Below are positions 6,817-15,628 of a stretch of 64,000 nucleotides of DNA, piece after piece. A model generated the notes under the pieces. The model had not been told where the DNA came from. It did not search any database and saw nothing but the letters and a program-made list of their open reading frames with translations. The translations under genes and the position numbers were made by a program. Origin of the DNA: an uncultured Thermoplasmatales archaeon. Its GTDB lineage: Archaea > Thermoplasmatota > SW-10-69-26. The stretch lies in assembly GCA_964396185.1 (NCBI GenBank), contig CAYNEI010000009.1:3057-67056 (forward strand). Reading direction: 5' to 3'. Each line of letters opens with the position of its first letter. Positions within the stretch are counted from its first letter, which is position 1.

Positions 6817-9138
6817 TCAGCTACCGCCGTCCTCGCTCGGCTTGCTTCGCCGGCGCGTGCTGATGAGCAGGGCCACCAGGTAACCGGCGACCACGGAGAG
6901 CGCGAAGGGGAGCACCGGGCTGTCCATCAGGGTGAGCAGCACCACCAGGGCCACGATGAAGGTCAGTGCGCCCCACGCGATGCTGGCCAAGAGCTTCGGC
7001 TTCTCCCGCATCTGCACGGTCGCGCGCACCGGGGTGCGCTCGACGCCCACGGTGCGGAAGAGGAGCACCGGGATCCAGGCCCAGAGCAACAGCCCGGCAG
7101 CCAGGGTGAGCGAGAGCGGCAGGCCCGCCTCGGTCCCCAGTCCGATGTCCTCCCCAACGATGGGCAGGGATTGGAGCGCGAACCCGGTGAAGATGCCGAC
7201 CCCGAGCCAGATGGCCAGGATGACGGCGACCTTGAACAGGTCCTTGGTGGTGCGCATACGGGCGAGCACGTCCTCGTCCCAGCCCCGGAACTGGGCCAAC
7301 ACGATGGTCGTGGCCACGCCCGAGAGCAGCGCGATGAAGAACGGGAAGCCGAACAGGTCGTTGCCCACGGCCGAGAGCGCAGCCGCAGAGGCGTACAGGC
7401 CGAGCAGGAAGCCGCCCAGGAAGGCGAAGACGAGGATCACGGTGCGAGCGCGGCGCTTCTCGTCGGCGGCTTCGAGCACATCGTCCCCAAGGGCCAGATC
7501 ACGAGAGAGGGCAGCCACGGCCACCAGCCCCACCACAGCCCCCAGGGCAAACGCCAGGCCCACGTTTTCCAGGAAGGTGCCGATGGCGATGGTCGCGTAG
7601 AGGAAGGCGAGGGTGAACACGGCAGCGATGACCGCCATCTCGGCCCACCACGGGAGCTCGGCCACCGTGGCCCGCATCCCGGTGATCAGGCCCGTGGTAT
7701 GGGCGATGAGGTAGTTCACGCCAGCCGCGGCCAGCACGCTGACCAGGAAGGCGATGCGCACCTCGTCGAGGGCCAGCCCGATGGCCAGGAACGTGACGAT
7801 GAGCGTGGAGAAGAAGACGAGGCCTAGGATCAACGCCTCGCCCAGGGCTCCGTAGGACTCGAACTCCTCACCCAGGCCCTCGCCGAGGTCCAGGGTCCAG
7901 ATGAGCAGGCCGAGCACGAGACCAGCGAGGAGCATGCCGGCCAGGATCGCCAGCTCGACGATCTGGGCGGAGAGCGCGATGCCGAAGTACGCGTAGAGGG
8001 CCAGGAGCAGGAAGGTGGCCAGGAAGATGCCCATGCGGGCGGGGAGGCGTTGCTTGCGCACGATGCCGGGGATGTCCTGGGTGATGCCGAACGGGATCCC
8101 GGCAAGCAGGAAGAGCGCGAGCCCCGCGGGTAGACTGATGACGTAGGCGAGCTCGAAGTTGCTCGTGAGCACGACGATGGCCAGGAAGATCAAGGCCACC
8201 GAGAGGGGGAAGATGGGCAGCACGGCGAGCACCCGGTTGCCCTCGCCCAGGGAGACGAAGCTGGCCCAGAGATCACGCCAGGTGCGCACGGCGAAGGTGA
8301 CCGGGAGGAGCACGATCAGCGCGGCCACCAGTGAGAACGAGTAGCCCACGGTGGCGCTCTCGAGCACGCTGCCGTCTTCGGCGATGGTGCGCAGGCCGGG
8401 GCCGATGATCAACGCGAAGTAGAGCGTGAGCAGGACGAGCAGGATCGTGGAGGCCAGCAGGCGCAGGCCCCAGTGCCACTCAAGGATCTCGGCTTTCGCA
8501 TCCTTCCCCCAGCCCGTGAAGAACGAGGTGACACCGGCGCCCAGGATCAGGGCGGGCAGAAAGATGGCCAACCCGATGATGGCCTCCTCTAGCAGCATGA
8601 GGCCGAGCAGGAACCCGATGAGCCCGCTGGCCAATCCGATGGCCGCGAGGCCGATCAGCCGTGCAGCACCCGTGGAGTCCCGGACCCGTTGTGGGACATC
8701 GGAGAGCAGGCCCGTGAACCACACGATGGCACCGGTGGCAGCCGCCGAGACGAACACGACGGCCAGGATCATGAGCACGAAGACCTCGATCAGAGGGCCG
8801 AAGATGACCACGGAGAGCAGGAAGAGCACCGCGAAGACCGGGATCACGAGCAGAAGCCGAGCCCAGAGGGGCGCGCGCTTGCGTGCGGTGTCCACGCGTT
8901 CGAGCAGGCCGAGCGTGTGGCCGATGGCACCCGTCGCTGCGAGCCCGAGGATCGGACCGGCGATGAGCGCGATGGTGAAGCTGTCCGTCGGGAAGGCCAC
9001 TAGCAGGAAACAGAGGAACGAGAGGATGGGCCAGAGAACGAGCAGGATCCCCGCCGAGGCCCACGTGTTCCCGGCCGCCTTGTCGAGCCAGCCGTCCTCC
9101 TGCTCGGAGCCGGTGGAGGCGGCGGGCTCATCTGCCAT
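6817..9138 (-). CDS. very large polytopic membrane protein (more than 20 hydrophobic segments), function unknown
   Basis: 773-aa ORF that is almost entirely hydrophobic helices separated by short charged loops, with acidic N- and basic C-termini. The opposite-strand ORFs are Arg/Ser/Pro-rich shadows. Confidence 0.75.
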   Translation of the reverse strand: MADEPAASTGSEQEDGWLDKAAGNTWASAGILLVLWPILSFLCFLLVAFPTDSFTIALIAGPILGLAATGAIGHTLGLLERVDTARKRAPLWARLLLVIPVFAVLFLLSVVIFGPLIEVFVLMILAVVFVSAAATGAIVWFTGLLSDVPQRVRDSTGAARLIGLAAIGLASGLIGFLLGLMLLEEAIIGLAIFLPALILGAGVTSFFTGWGKDAKAEILEWHWGLRLLASTILLVLLTLYFALIIGPGLRTIAEDGSVLESATVGYSFSLVAALIVLLPVTFAVRTWRDLWASFVSLGEGNRVLAVLPIFPLSVALIFLAIVVLTSNFELAYVISLPAGLALFLLAGIPFGITQDIPGIVRKQRLPARMGIFLATFLLLALYAYFGIALSAQIVELAILAGMLLAGLVLGLLIWTLDLGEGLGEEFESYGALGEALILGLVFFSTLIVTFLAIGLALDEVRIAFLVSVLAAAGVNYLIAHTTGLITGMRATVAELPWWAEMAVIAAVFTLAFLYATIAIGTFLENVGLAFALGAVVGLVAVAALSRDLALGDDVLEAADEKRRARTVILVFAFLGGFLLGLYASAAALSAVGNDLFGFPFFIALLSGVATTIVLAQFRGWDEDVLARMRTTKDLFKVAVILAIWLGVGIFTGFALQSLPIVGEDIGLGTEAGLPLSLTLAAGLLLWAWIPVLLFRTVGVERTPVRATVQMREKPKLLASIAWGALTFIVALVVLLTLMDSPVLPFALSVVAGYLVALLISTRRRSKPSEDGGS

Positions 9139-9270
9139 ACGCGCGGCTCAAAAAGGTCCCTGGATAAAAGGATGCCGAGGAGGAAGTTGGAACGTCGGGT
9201 CCGACGCCCCGCCCCACGCCGCTCCCTGGAGGAAGCACTTGAGGTTGAGTCAAACGTCCCACCCACAAAG

Positions 9271-9280
9271 GTTATAAGCC
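9271..9280 (+). promoter_or_regulatory. AT-rich box GTTATAAGCC upstream of the envelope operon
   Basis: Same GTTATAAGC core as the box at 13894. About 115 nt upstream of the ATG at 9394, so this operon would carry a leader. Confidence 0.4.
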
Positions 9281-9393
9281 CACCCCGGTACTCCAGCAGC
9301 GAGTTACAACGCGGCCCTGTCAGGGACACGCGGTCTCCGAACCGCAACGGCCTTGAACAGAACCCCGCGTTGGACCTCGGAGGATAACGCACT

Positions 9394-10317
9394 ATGGTGG
9401 CACGCAAGCTGATGGTGATTGCCCTGCTCGTACCGGCCTTCATGGCTTTGGTCGCCTCGCCGGCCTCAGCGCAGGGCGGCGGCTCTGTCCAAATCGACTG
9501 CTCGAACGGTCCCCAACAGATTCAACCTCTGGGGGCGCCTGGCCAATGGGACTGCACGGCCCAGATCCAGTTCCCGCGAGGCCTTGGCGACCCAACGATC
9601 TTCTACACGCTGACGCTGCGTGACCAAGATAGCCCCTCGTGGGCGAACGTCATCATCTCACCAGGCGCGATCTCGGGCCAGTGGGAAGGGGATGGCGAGA
9701 CCACGCAGACCCGGAACTTCAAGCTCTCCGTGGGCTTGACCGCCAACGCGCCGGCCTTCGAGCCAACACGCGTAACCATCGGCGGCGAGATGGACACCAG
9801 TGGCAGCCCACAGCAGTTCACTGTCGCCCAGACCCAGATCACGGTCACGCCGGGCTACTTCAACCTGTACAACGTACGCATGGACAAGAAGATCGGCCAG
9901 GGCGGTCCCCAGGACTCGGTCGACTACCCGATCCAGATCGACAACTTCAGCAACGGCCAGACCCGCTTCGAGTTCGAGCTCGTGAGCGATGAGGTCCCGA
10001 CAGGCTTCCAGCCCGTCGTGCCCGAGCCCGTGGTGCTGGAAAGCCAAGCTGGCGGCGGCGAGCAGACCCAGGGTCAAGTGACCTTCTCGGTCTACACGCC
10101 CTTCCAGAACGGCTACGTGAACGACGTTGGTGCGATCCAGCTCCGAGTCAAGAGCTTCTACGCGCCGGACACGTCGATCCAGGGTGCGACCTCCCAGGTC
10201 TCCACTCTGACCCAGGCCCGCGGGTTCTACGTCCCCGGTCCAGCCGCGCCGTTGCTCGTGCTCGGTGTGCTCGGTGCCGCCGTGGGCATGGCCAAGGTCC
10301 GCGGTCCCGACGAGTAG
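9394..10317 (+). CDS. secreted beta-sandwich (CARDB/NEW3-like) surface protein with C-terminal PG-anchor
   Basis: Signal peptide MVARKLMVIALLVPAFMALVASPASAQ. The C-terminus GFYVPGPAAPLLVLGVLGAAVGMAKVRG is a PGF-CTERM-like hydrophobic tail plus basic residues. Confidence 0.7.
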   Translation: MVARKLMVIALLVPAFMALVASPASAQGGGSVQIDCSNGPQQIQPLGAPGQWDCTAQIQFPRGLGDPTIFYTLTLRDQDSPSWANVIISPGAISGQWEGDGETTQTRNFKLSVGLTANAPAFEPTRVTIGGEMDTSGSPQQFTVAQTQITVTPGYFNLYNVRMDKKIGQGGPQDSVDYPIQIDNFSNGQTRFEFELVSDEVPTGFQPVVPEPVVLESQAGGGEQTQGQVTFSVYTPFQNGYVNDVGAIQLRVKSFYAPDTSIQGATSQVSTLTQARGFYVPGPAAPLLVLGVLGAAVGMAKVRGPDE

Positions 10318-10336
10318 CTAACCAGTTGGTGCCACC

Positions 10337-11845
10337 ATGGATGGGAACAGGGCCCGCGGCCACCGTGACGCCCTGTTCTCCATCCTCCTTCTCCTTCTCG
10401 CGTCGTTGGCCGCTCCGGCGGTCACGGCGCAAGACCCACCTGACCCTTCACAGGCAGGGCGTTGGTTCGGCGTCGTCGTCACACCAGACCGCGGCGCTGT
10501 CCACGTGCCGTACATGCAGAACACGCTCGTGAACTTGACCCTGCTAGACGTGAGCAAGGGGGACGGAGAGCCACTCTCGTCGGGTCGAATCCTTCTTCAG
10601 GTAGACGTTCTCGGAGAGGATAGCCAAGGCTGGGAGGCTTCGTTGACGACCTCGGCCGTAACGACGCGACCCGGGCAGACCCACACGGTCGGCCTCTTCA
10701 TCGAGGCAGGAGCCATCATCACCGAACCCACCGCAGAGGTCCTCATCACGGCACGCTACGATGCTAGGATTGGCCAGGACTTCGAGACCAACCTCACGAT
10801 CCTGGCAGTCGCACAGCCGAATCCCATCGTCACCCTCCGCTTCGAAGGAACCTTCCCAGAGTTCTCCCCCGACGAGGAGAAGCGTGTCGGGTTAACCGTC
10901 ACGAACCAAGACTACTACCCGAACATGATCCTCTTCGACGTTCAAGCCCCTGAGGGTTGGATCATCTCGCCACCGAGCTCCATCCAGCTCGGACCGGGTG
11001 AAGAAAGGCAGGTGTTCTTCGACGTCAAAGCGCCCCAGGACCCTTGGTTCCGCCTCAACCCAACCAGCGATGTCTTCCTCGTCACAGCCGAAACCAGCCA
11101 GGCTGGTGGGAACCAACACACCGTTGCGATCCCGACCCCCCTGACAGGGTACTTCCTCCCCGGCTGGGTCATGCCCCACATCGTGCTCTTCTTCCTGGGC
11201 GCTGCCGTGCTGGCCAAGCGCTCCAAGGACAAGCACGAGGAGCGCAAGCTCGAGAAAGGCAAGCCGTCCTACCCTGGCCTCCCGGTCGAAAAGGAGGCCG
11301 AGCTCGAGGCGCTCAAGCAGACCGATCCCGACAAGGCCGAGCGCATGGAGGAGCGGTTGAAAGAGCTCCACGGGAAACGCTTGGCCGCCTGGAAGCAGGT
11401 CTACAAGCAGCGCAAGGAGAAGGAGAAGGAGCTGCGCGAGCGCGAGAGGGAGCGCCACGACGCGATCCTTCGCGAGCAGAAGAAGCAAGAGCGGGAACGC
11501 AAGAAGGCCGAGAAGGCCCGGCGCAAGAAATTGGCCAAGCTGCGCAAGCAGAAGCGCAAGAAGCGAAAGCGCCTAGAGCGCAAGCAACGCAAGGCCGAGA
11601 AGCGCGCAGCCAAGGCCCGGCGCGAAGAGGAGAAGCGCCTGGCCAAGCAGATGCGCAAGAAGGAGAAGCAGAAGGAGAAGCGCCTGGAGGAGCTCGAGGA
11701 GAAGCGCGCCAAGCTCCGCAAGGAGCAGGAGAAGCAGAAGCGCAAGGAGCTTGAAACCAAGCGCAAGCGCCTCGAGAAGCTTCGCAAGAAGAAAGAGCGA
11801 GGCGACGACAGCGACTCCCCCGCGTGGAAGTTCTGGAGGACCTGA
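10337..11845 (+). CDS. type I membrane protein: NEW3/CARDB-like ectodomain, one TM helix, long K/R/E-rich tail
   Basis: Signal peptide (LLLLLASLAAPAVTAQ), LTVTNQDYYPNMILFDVQAPEGW, TM helix GYFLPGWVMPHIVLFFLGAAVLAKRSK, then ~200 aa made almost only of K, R, E, L, A and Q. Confidence 0.75.
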   Translation: MDGNRARGHRDALFSILLLLLASLAAPAVTAQDPPDPSQAGRWFGVVVTPDRGAVHVPYMQNTLVNLTLLDVSKGDGEPLSSGRILLQVDVLGEDSQGWEASLTTSAVTTRPGQTHTVGLFIEAGAIITEPTAEVLITARYDARIGQDFETNLTILAVAQPNPIVTLRFEGTFPEFSPDEEKRVGLTVTNQDYYPNMILFDVQAPEGWIISPPSSIQLGPGEERQVFFDVKAPQDPWFRLNPTSDVFLVTAETSQAGGNQHTVAIPTPLTGYFLPGWVMPHIVLFFLGAAVLAKRSKDKHEERKLEKGKPSYPGLPVEKEAELEALKQTDPDKAERMEERLKELHGKRLAAWKQVYKQRKEKEKELRERERERHDAILREQKKQERERKKAEKARRKKLAKLRKQKRKKRKRLERKQRKAEKRAAKARREEEKRLAKQMRKKEKQKEKRLEELEEKRAKLRKEQEKQKRKELETKRKRLEKLRKKKERGDDSDSPAWKFWRT

Positions 11846-11927
11846 GCCGCATGGCCGTTGATCCCCTCGGGGCCACCTTCATGTACCGTCGGGTCAGGTG
11901 TCAAGTACGTCGTCGCGTCGCGCGTAG

Positions 11928-12761
11928 GTGAGAACCGTGCTCTGGGACCGAGTGAAAGCACACTGGCGCAAGCTCGCCGTCGTCTTGGCCGTCATCCTCA
12001 TCGTCCCACCGACCATGGGCGGTTTGACCGGCACCGACCAGCTCATCGTCTCCGCCGTGGCCCCAGAGAAAGGCGATACGATGACGGTCTCGATCGCAGC
12101 CAAGCAGAACCTTCTCTCGAAATGCAGTGGCAGCGCCACCGTCGAGGTCCTCAAAGGCGAGATCATCGTGTTCTCCGAGATCTTCGGAGATGTCCCCATG
12201 GATGGCTGCCGCGGATCCATCGACATCCCCTACCACAAGTTCGCCGACCGCAACGGCCAGTACACCGTACGAGCCAACTACGACGGCATCGTCTCCGAGG
12301 AGCGCATCCAGGTCAGCAAGGTCGTGAACTGGGTGCTCGTGCGCGCCTTCCCAGACGACGAGAACCAGCGCACCCGGATCGACGTGGCCTTCGATGCGAT
12401 CAAGGGCCAGCCACTCTCCAGCGGCATCTTCTCCTCCGGCACCCTCGTGCTCGAGATCCGCTGGGAGACGTGCGAGCAGGATCCGATCGATCGACTGCTC
12501 TCGGGTGGGGAGGAGTGCACCGCCCACCGAAACGTCGTCTGGTCAGCAGAGATCCCCATCGAGGACGAAGCCAGCACCCACGTCTTCGTCCCCTGGGAGA
12601 GCCTCGCTGGCGAGGACGAGGATGATCCCCACGAGGGCTACTACAACGTCACCGCCACCTACCACAACCAGGAGGCGAAAGCCAACTTCAACGTCCCCAT
12701 GGACCCGACGGTCTACCGCGAGGACCCGCCTGGGAACTGGTTCGAGGTGGACTACCCGTGA
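11928..12761 (+). CDS. membrane-anchored/secreted hypothetical protein
   Basis: N-terminal anchor WRKLAVVLAVILIVPP and an acidic, Cys-containing ectodomain. Its stop overlaps the next start (GTGA). Confidence 0.65.
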   Translation: MRTVLWDRVKAHWRKLAVVLAVILIVPPTMGGLTGTDQLIVSAVAPEKGDTMTVSIAAKQNLLSKCSGSATVEVLKGEIIVFSEIFGDVPMDGCRGSIDIPYHKFADRNGQYTVRANYDGIVSEERIQVSKVVNWVLVRAFPDDENQRTRIDVAFDAIKGQPLSSGIFSSGTLVLEIRWETCEQDPIDRLLSGGEECTAHRNVVWSAEIPIEDEASTHVFVPWESLAGEDEDDPHEGYYNVTATYHNQEAKANFNVPMDPTVYREDPPGNWFEVDYP

Positions 12762-13849
12762 GGACCGGGGTCGTCGTGCTCGCCCTGCTGCTCCCGGCCG
12801 TGCTGGCCGGGTGCGTCACCAACGACGACGGGGACGGACTCGACCCTGACGCTGAGGAGCAAGGCTGGGTCGTTACAGCGCGCTACCCGGATCTCTCCAC
12901 CGAGGAGTACAGGGTCAGCTCGGACCCAGAGCTGGCCGACACCGATGGTGATGGTCTCACGGACTTCCAGGAGTTCCAGCAGAGCACCGACCCCACGAGT
13001 ATCGACACGGACCGGGACCGCCTGCTCGATGGCGGCATCCTGTGCCCCGAGGCCGGCAGCAGCCTCGCCTCGGCCATCGCCGAGGCGCGCATCCTCGAGC
13101 ACCCGGAGCAGAGCGGGTGCTTCCTGGGTGAGGCCTCCTGGGAGCTCGACGGCGTGAGCATCCGCACGAAACCCACGGATGCTCACAGCGACAACGGCGT
13201 CGGCATCGGGGACGACCTGGCCGACGGCGTGGAGATCCAGGGCTGGACCGTGAACTTAGGTGATCGCTCCTACGAGACCTTCTCGAACCCGTCGGCTCGC
13301 TCCCCGGACAGCGACAACGACGGCCTCCACGATGGCCACGAGCTCGCCCTCTCGCTGGACCCGCGCAACCCGGACACCGACGGCGACGGCGTCGAGGACT
13401 ACCTGGACGCAGCCCCCCTGGGCAACCTCTTCGTCACCGTCACCCTGGAGCACATCGAGCTCAAGGAGAACAAGCGGGTCACCGGCGGGGCAGACCTGGT
13501 CGTCGACGTCTCCATCGGCGAACGGGATCGACAGCTGGGCCCCGAGCGCATCTCAAAGGGCGCCAACGACGTGGGTTTGTCGGCCAAGGTCGATGTCCCC
13601 GACAAGGCCACAGGCATCGGCCCCGAGGGCTACGGGCCCGGCAACTGGAACGCGCCGGTCACGCTCACGTTCTGGCACAGCTCCGGCAGCGGCCGCGACG
13701 AGATCGACGTGCGATCCGGCGACAGCCCGCACGTGCTCCTCCTTGAGTACGACGCGTTCGAGGACACCTGGACCGGGCACGCGCGCGGTGGAACGTCCAG
13801 CGGGGCAGATGCCACCGTCGAGATTGACGTGAGCGCCTCGATCGAGTAG
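12758..13849 (+). CDS. lipoprotein with thrombospondin type-3-like Ca-binding repeats
   Basis: Lipobox LLPAVLAGC. Repeated DxDxDGxxDxxE motifs (DTDGDGLTDFQE, DSDNDGLHDGHE, DTDGDGVEDYLD). Confidence 0.75.
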   Translation: MRTGVVVLALLLPAVLAGCVTNDDGDGLDPDAEEQGWVVTARYPDLSTEEYRVSSDPELADTDGDGLTDFQEFQQSTDPTSIDTDRDRLLDGGILCPEAGSSLASAIAEARILEHPEQSGCFLGEASWELDGVSIRTKPTDAHSDNGVGIGDDLADGVEIQGWTVNLGDRSYETFSNPSARSPDSDNDGLHDGHELALSLDPRNPDTDGDGVEDYLDAAPLGNLFVTVTLEHIELKENKRVTGGADLVVDVSIGERDRQLGPERISKGANDVGLSAKVDVPDKATGIGPEGYGPGNWNAPVTLTFWHSSGSGRDEIDVRSGDSPHVLLLEYDAFEDTWTGHARGGTSSGADATVEIDVSASIE

Positions 13850-13893
13850 CCCCACCTCGCATCCATGCGGCCGGCTCACAGCCCTCCCACGCC

Positions 13894-13903
13894 GTTATAA
13901 GCT
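13894..13903 (+). promoter_or_regulatory. AT-rich box GTTATAAGCT about 25 nt upstream of the EamA start
   Basis: Only AT-rich motif in the 13850-13922 spacer. The spacing to the TTG at 13923 fits a leaderless transcript. Confidence 0.45.
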
Positions 13904-13922
13904 CCCGCCGTATCCCACGCTG

Positions 13923-14843
13923 TTGCCCCTCCCAGCACGCACCACCGGGATCCTTGCCACCATGGGTGCAGCGGTGCTCTGGGGCAGCTCGTTCCCAGCC
14001 AACCAGATCGGCCTCGAGCACATGGGGCCCGGCGTCTTCGTGGCCGCGCGCTTCGCGCTGGCCGCGTTGATCGTGCTACCGTTCGCCTGGCGGCTCATCC
14101 GGGAGACCATGCAGCGCTGGGAACCCTGGGCCCTGGGCGCGGTCAACGCCGTGGCCTTCCTGCTGCAGTACGTCGGCCAGACCACCGCGCCGGCTGGGGC
14201 GGCTGGGCTGCTCGTCAACGCCAACGTCGTCGTCGTGGCGCTCGTGGCCTGGGTGTGGCTGGGCGAGGATCCCACCCGGCGCACCTGGGTGGCCATGGGG
14301 GCCGCTCTCGTGGGCGCATCGCTGATCATCTACGAGCCAGGCCAGGGCGCGATCCAACTCGGCCACCTGCTCGTCTTCCTGGCAGGGGCCACGTGGAGCT
14401 TCTACATCGTCGGCACGCGCGCCAGCTTGCTCGATGGGCACTCGCCCACCTCGCTCGCCCTGGCAACCTTCGTGACCAGCGGCGTGCTGCTCTCCCCCTT
14501 CCTGCTTCTCGAACCCCTGCCCACAGCAGCTGTCCCCGTGGCCATGATCGCCTGGACGGGGATCGCGTGCACCGTGGGCGCCTTCGCCCTCTGGCTGCAT
14601 GGCCTGCGCAGCGTAGGTGCTACCGCCAGCGCGGTGGTGCTCCTGCTGGAGGTCTTCGTGGCCGCTGCCCTGGGGGCCTGGCTGCTCGCCGAGCCCTTCC
14701 CGCCGCGCAAGCTGCTCGGTGGCCTGGCCATCGCGGTCTCGATCCTGGTGCTCTCTGGTCGGGGGGACGACCTTGAACCACAAGGCCACAAGGAGCACAA
14801 GGGGATCGCGGGGGAGGGGTACCACGGGGAAGACGCGGGATGA
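13923..14843 (+). CDS. EamA/DMT-family transporter
   Basis: Ten hydrophobic segments in two EamA-like halves (AAVLWGSSFPANQIGL...; ATWSFYIVGTRA...). TTG start, with an ATG alternative at 13962. The last ~22 codons are encoded by the repeat element at 14775. Confidence 0.8.
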   Translation: MPLPARTTGILATMGAAVLWGSSFPANQIGLEHMGPGVFVAARFALAALIVLPFAWRLIRETMQRWEPWALGAVNAVAFLLQYVGQTTAPAGAAGLLVNANVVVVALVAWVWLGEDPTRRTWVAMGAALVGASLIIYEPGQGAIQLGHLLVFLAGATWSFYIVGTRASLLDGHSPTSLALATFVTSGVLLSPFLLLEPLPTAAVPVAMIAWTGIACTVGAFALWLHGLRSVGATASAVVLLLEVFVAAALGAWLLAEPFPPRKLLGGLAIAVSILVLSGRGDDLEPQGHKEHKGIAGEGYHGEDAG

Positions 14844-14947
14844 GGTAGGCTCGGCCGCGTGTGGCTCAGGGAGGGCGCTCTACAGGCTGGGCCCGTCTCC
14901 CTGGTTCCGTTGTGGGCCGTTGTGCCGTAATGCCGTTGTGGTGAACC
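14775..14947. repeat. periodic-arm palindromic element (CACAAGG / CCGTTGTG type)
   Basis: Left arm GAACCACAAGGCCACAAGGAGCACAAGGGG plus a G/A-rich tract. Right arm CCGTTGTGGGCCGTTGTGCCGTAATGCCGTTGTGGTGAACC. Arms are complementary with periodic 1-nt bulges. Confidence 0.75.
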
Positions 14948-14959
14948 GTCGTCAGACCG

Positions 14960-15628
14960 TCAGGCCAGGAAGCCGAGGTAGAACAGCCCCAGCGTGGCCA
15001 CCCAGACGCCGAGGAACGCGAAGACGTTCCAGCGGATGATCTTGGAGCCGTCCAAGGGCTTGATGGGCAGCATGTTGAAGGCGGCCAGGATGACGTTGAT
15101 GAGCAGCGCGAGCTGGAAGAAATTGCCCGCCTGGGGCACCCCGATGTCGAAGGCCACGGACTGGTCGGTGAGCAACCAGAGGGGCAGAGCGATGGCGGCG
15201 AAGCCCAGGTTCACCAGCGGCCCGTTCACCGAGATGATGCCGGCTTCCTTCTTGCTGGCTGGCCCGCGGATGATGACCGCGCCTGGCGCGGCCACGACCA
15301 CGCCCAGGGCACCGCTGATGCCCAGTGCTATGAGCAGGCCCGGCATGCTGGCTCGGAACTCTGCCCAGAGCCCGTAGTACTGGGCGGTGAGCTTGTGGGC
15401 CAGCTCGTGGAGCACGAAGGCAGCCAGCACGAGGATCGTGCTCACCGGGAGGGCAGGCCAGAGGAAGGTGTCCCACTGGATGCCCGTGCACGCTTGGCTG
15501 AACAGTGCCACGAAGCAGGACTGGGAGAGCACGAAGCTGAACGCGGCGGCCAGCACGAGGGTGGAGAGGAGCAGATCCAGGATCTCTCGACCGCTGAAGT
15601 CGAAGATGGAGCTCAAGCCGCGTCTCAT
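14960..15628 (-). CDS. site-2 protease family (M50) intramembrane metalloprotease
   Basis: HELAH in a TM helix plus AAFNMLPIKPLDG (the NxxPxxxLDG motif). 222 aa from the ATG at 15628, which overlaps the traB-like stop (ATGA). The longer 363-aa ORF is an upstream read-through. Confidence 0.85.
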   Translation of the reverse strand: MRRGLSSIFDFSGREILDLLLSTLVLAAAFSFVLSQSCFVALFSQACTGIQWDTFLWPALPVSTILVLAAFVLHELAHKLTAQYYGLWAEFRASMPGLLIALGISGALGVVVAAPGAVIIRGPASKKEAGIISVNGPLVNLGFAAIALPLWLLTDQSVAFDIGVPQAGNFFQLALLINVILAAFNMLPIKPLDGSKIIRWNVFAFLGVWVATLGLFYLGFLA

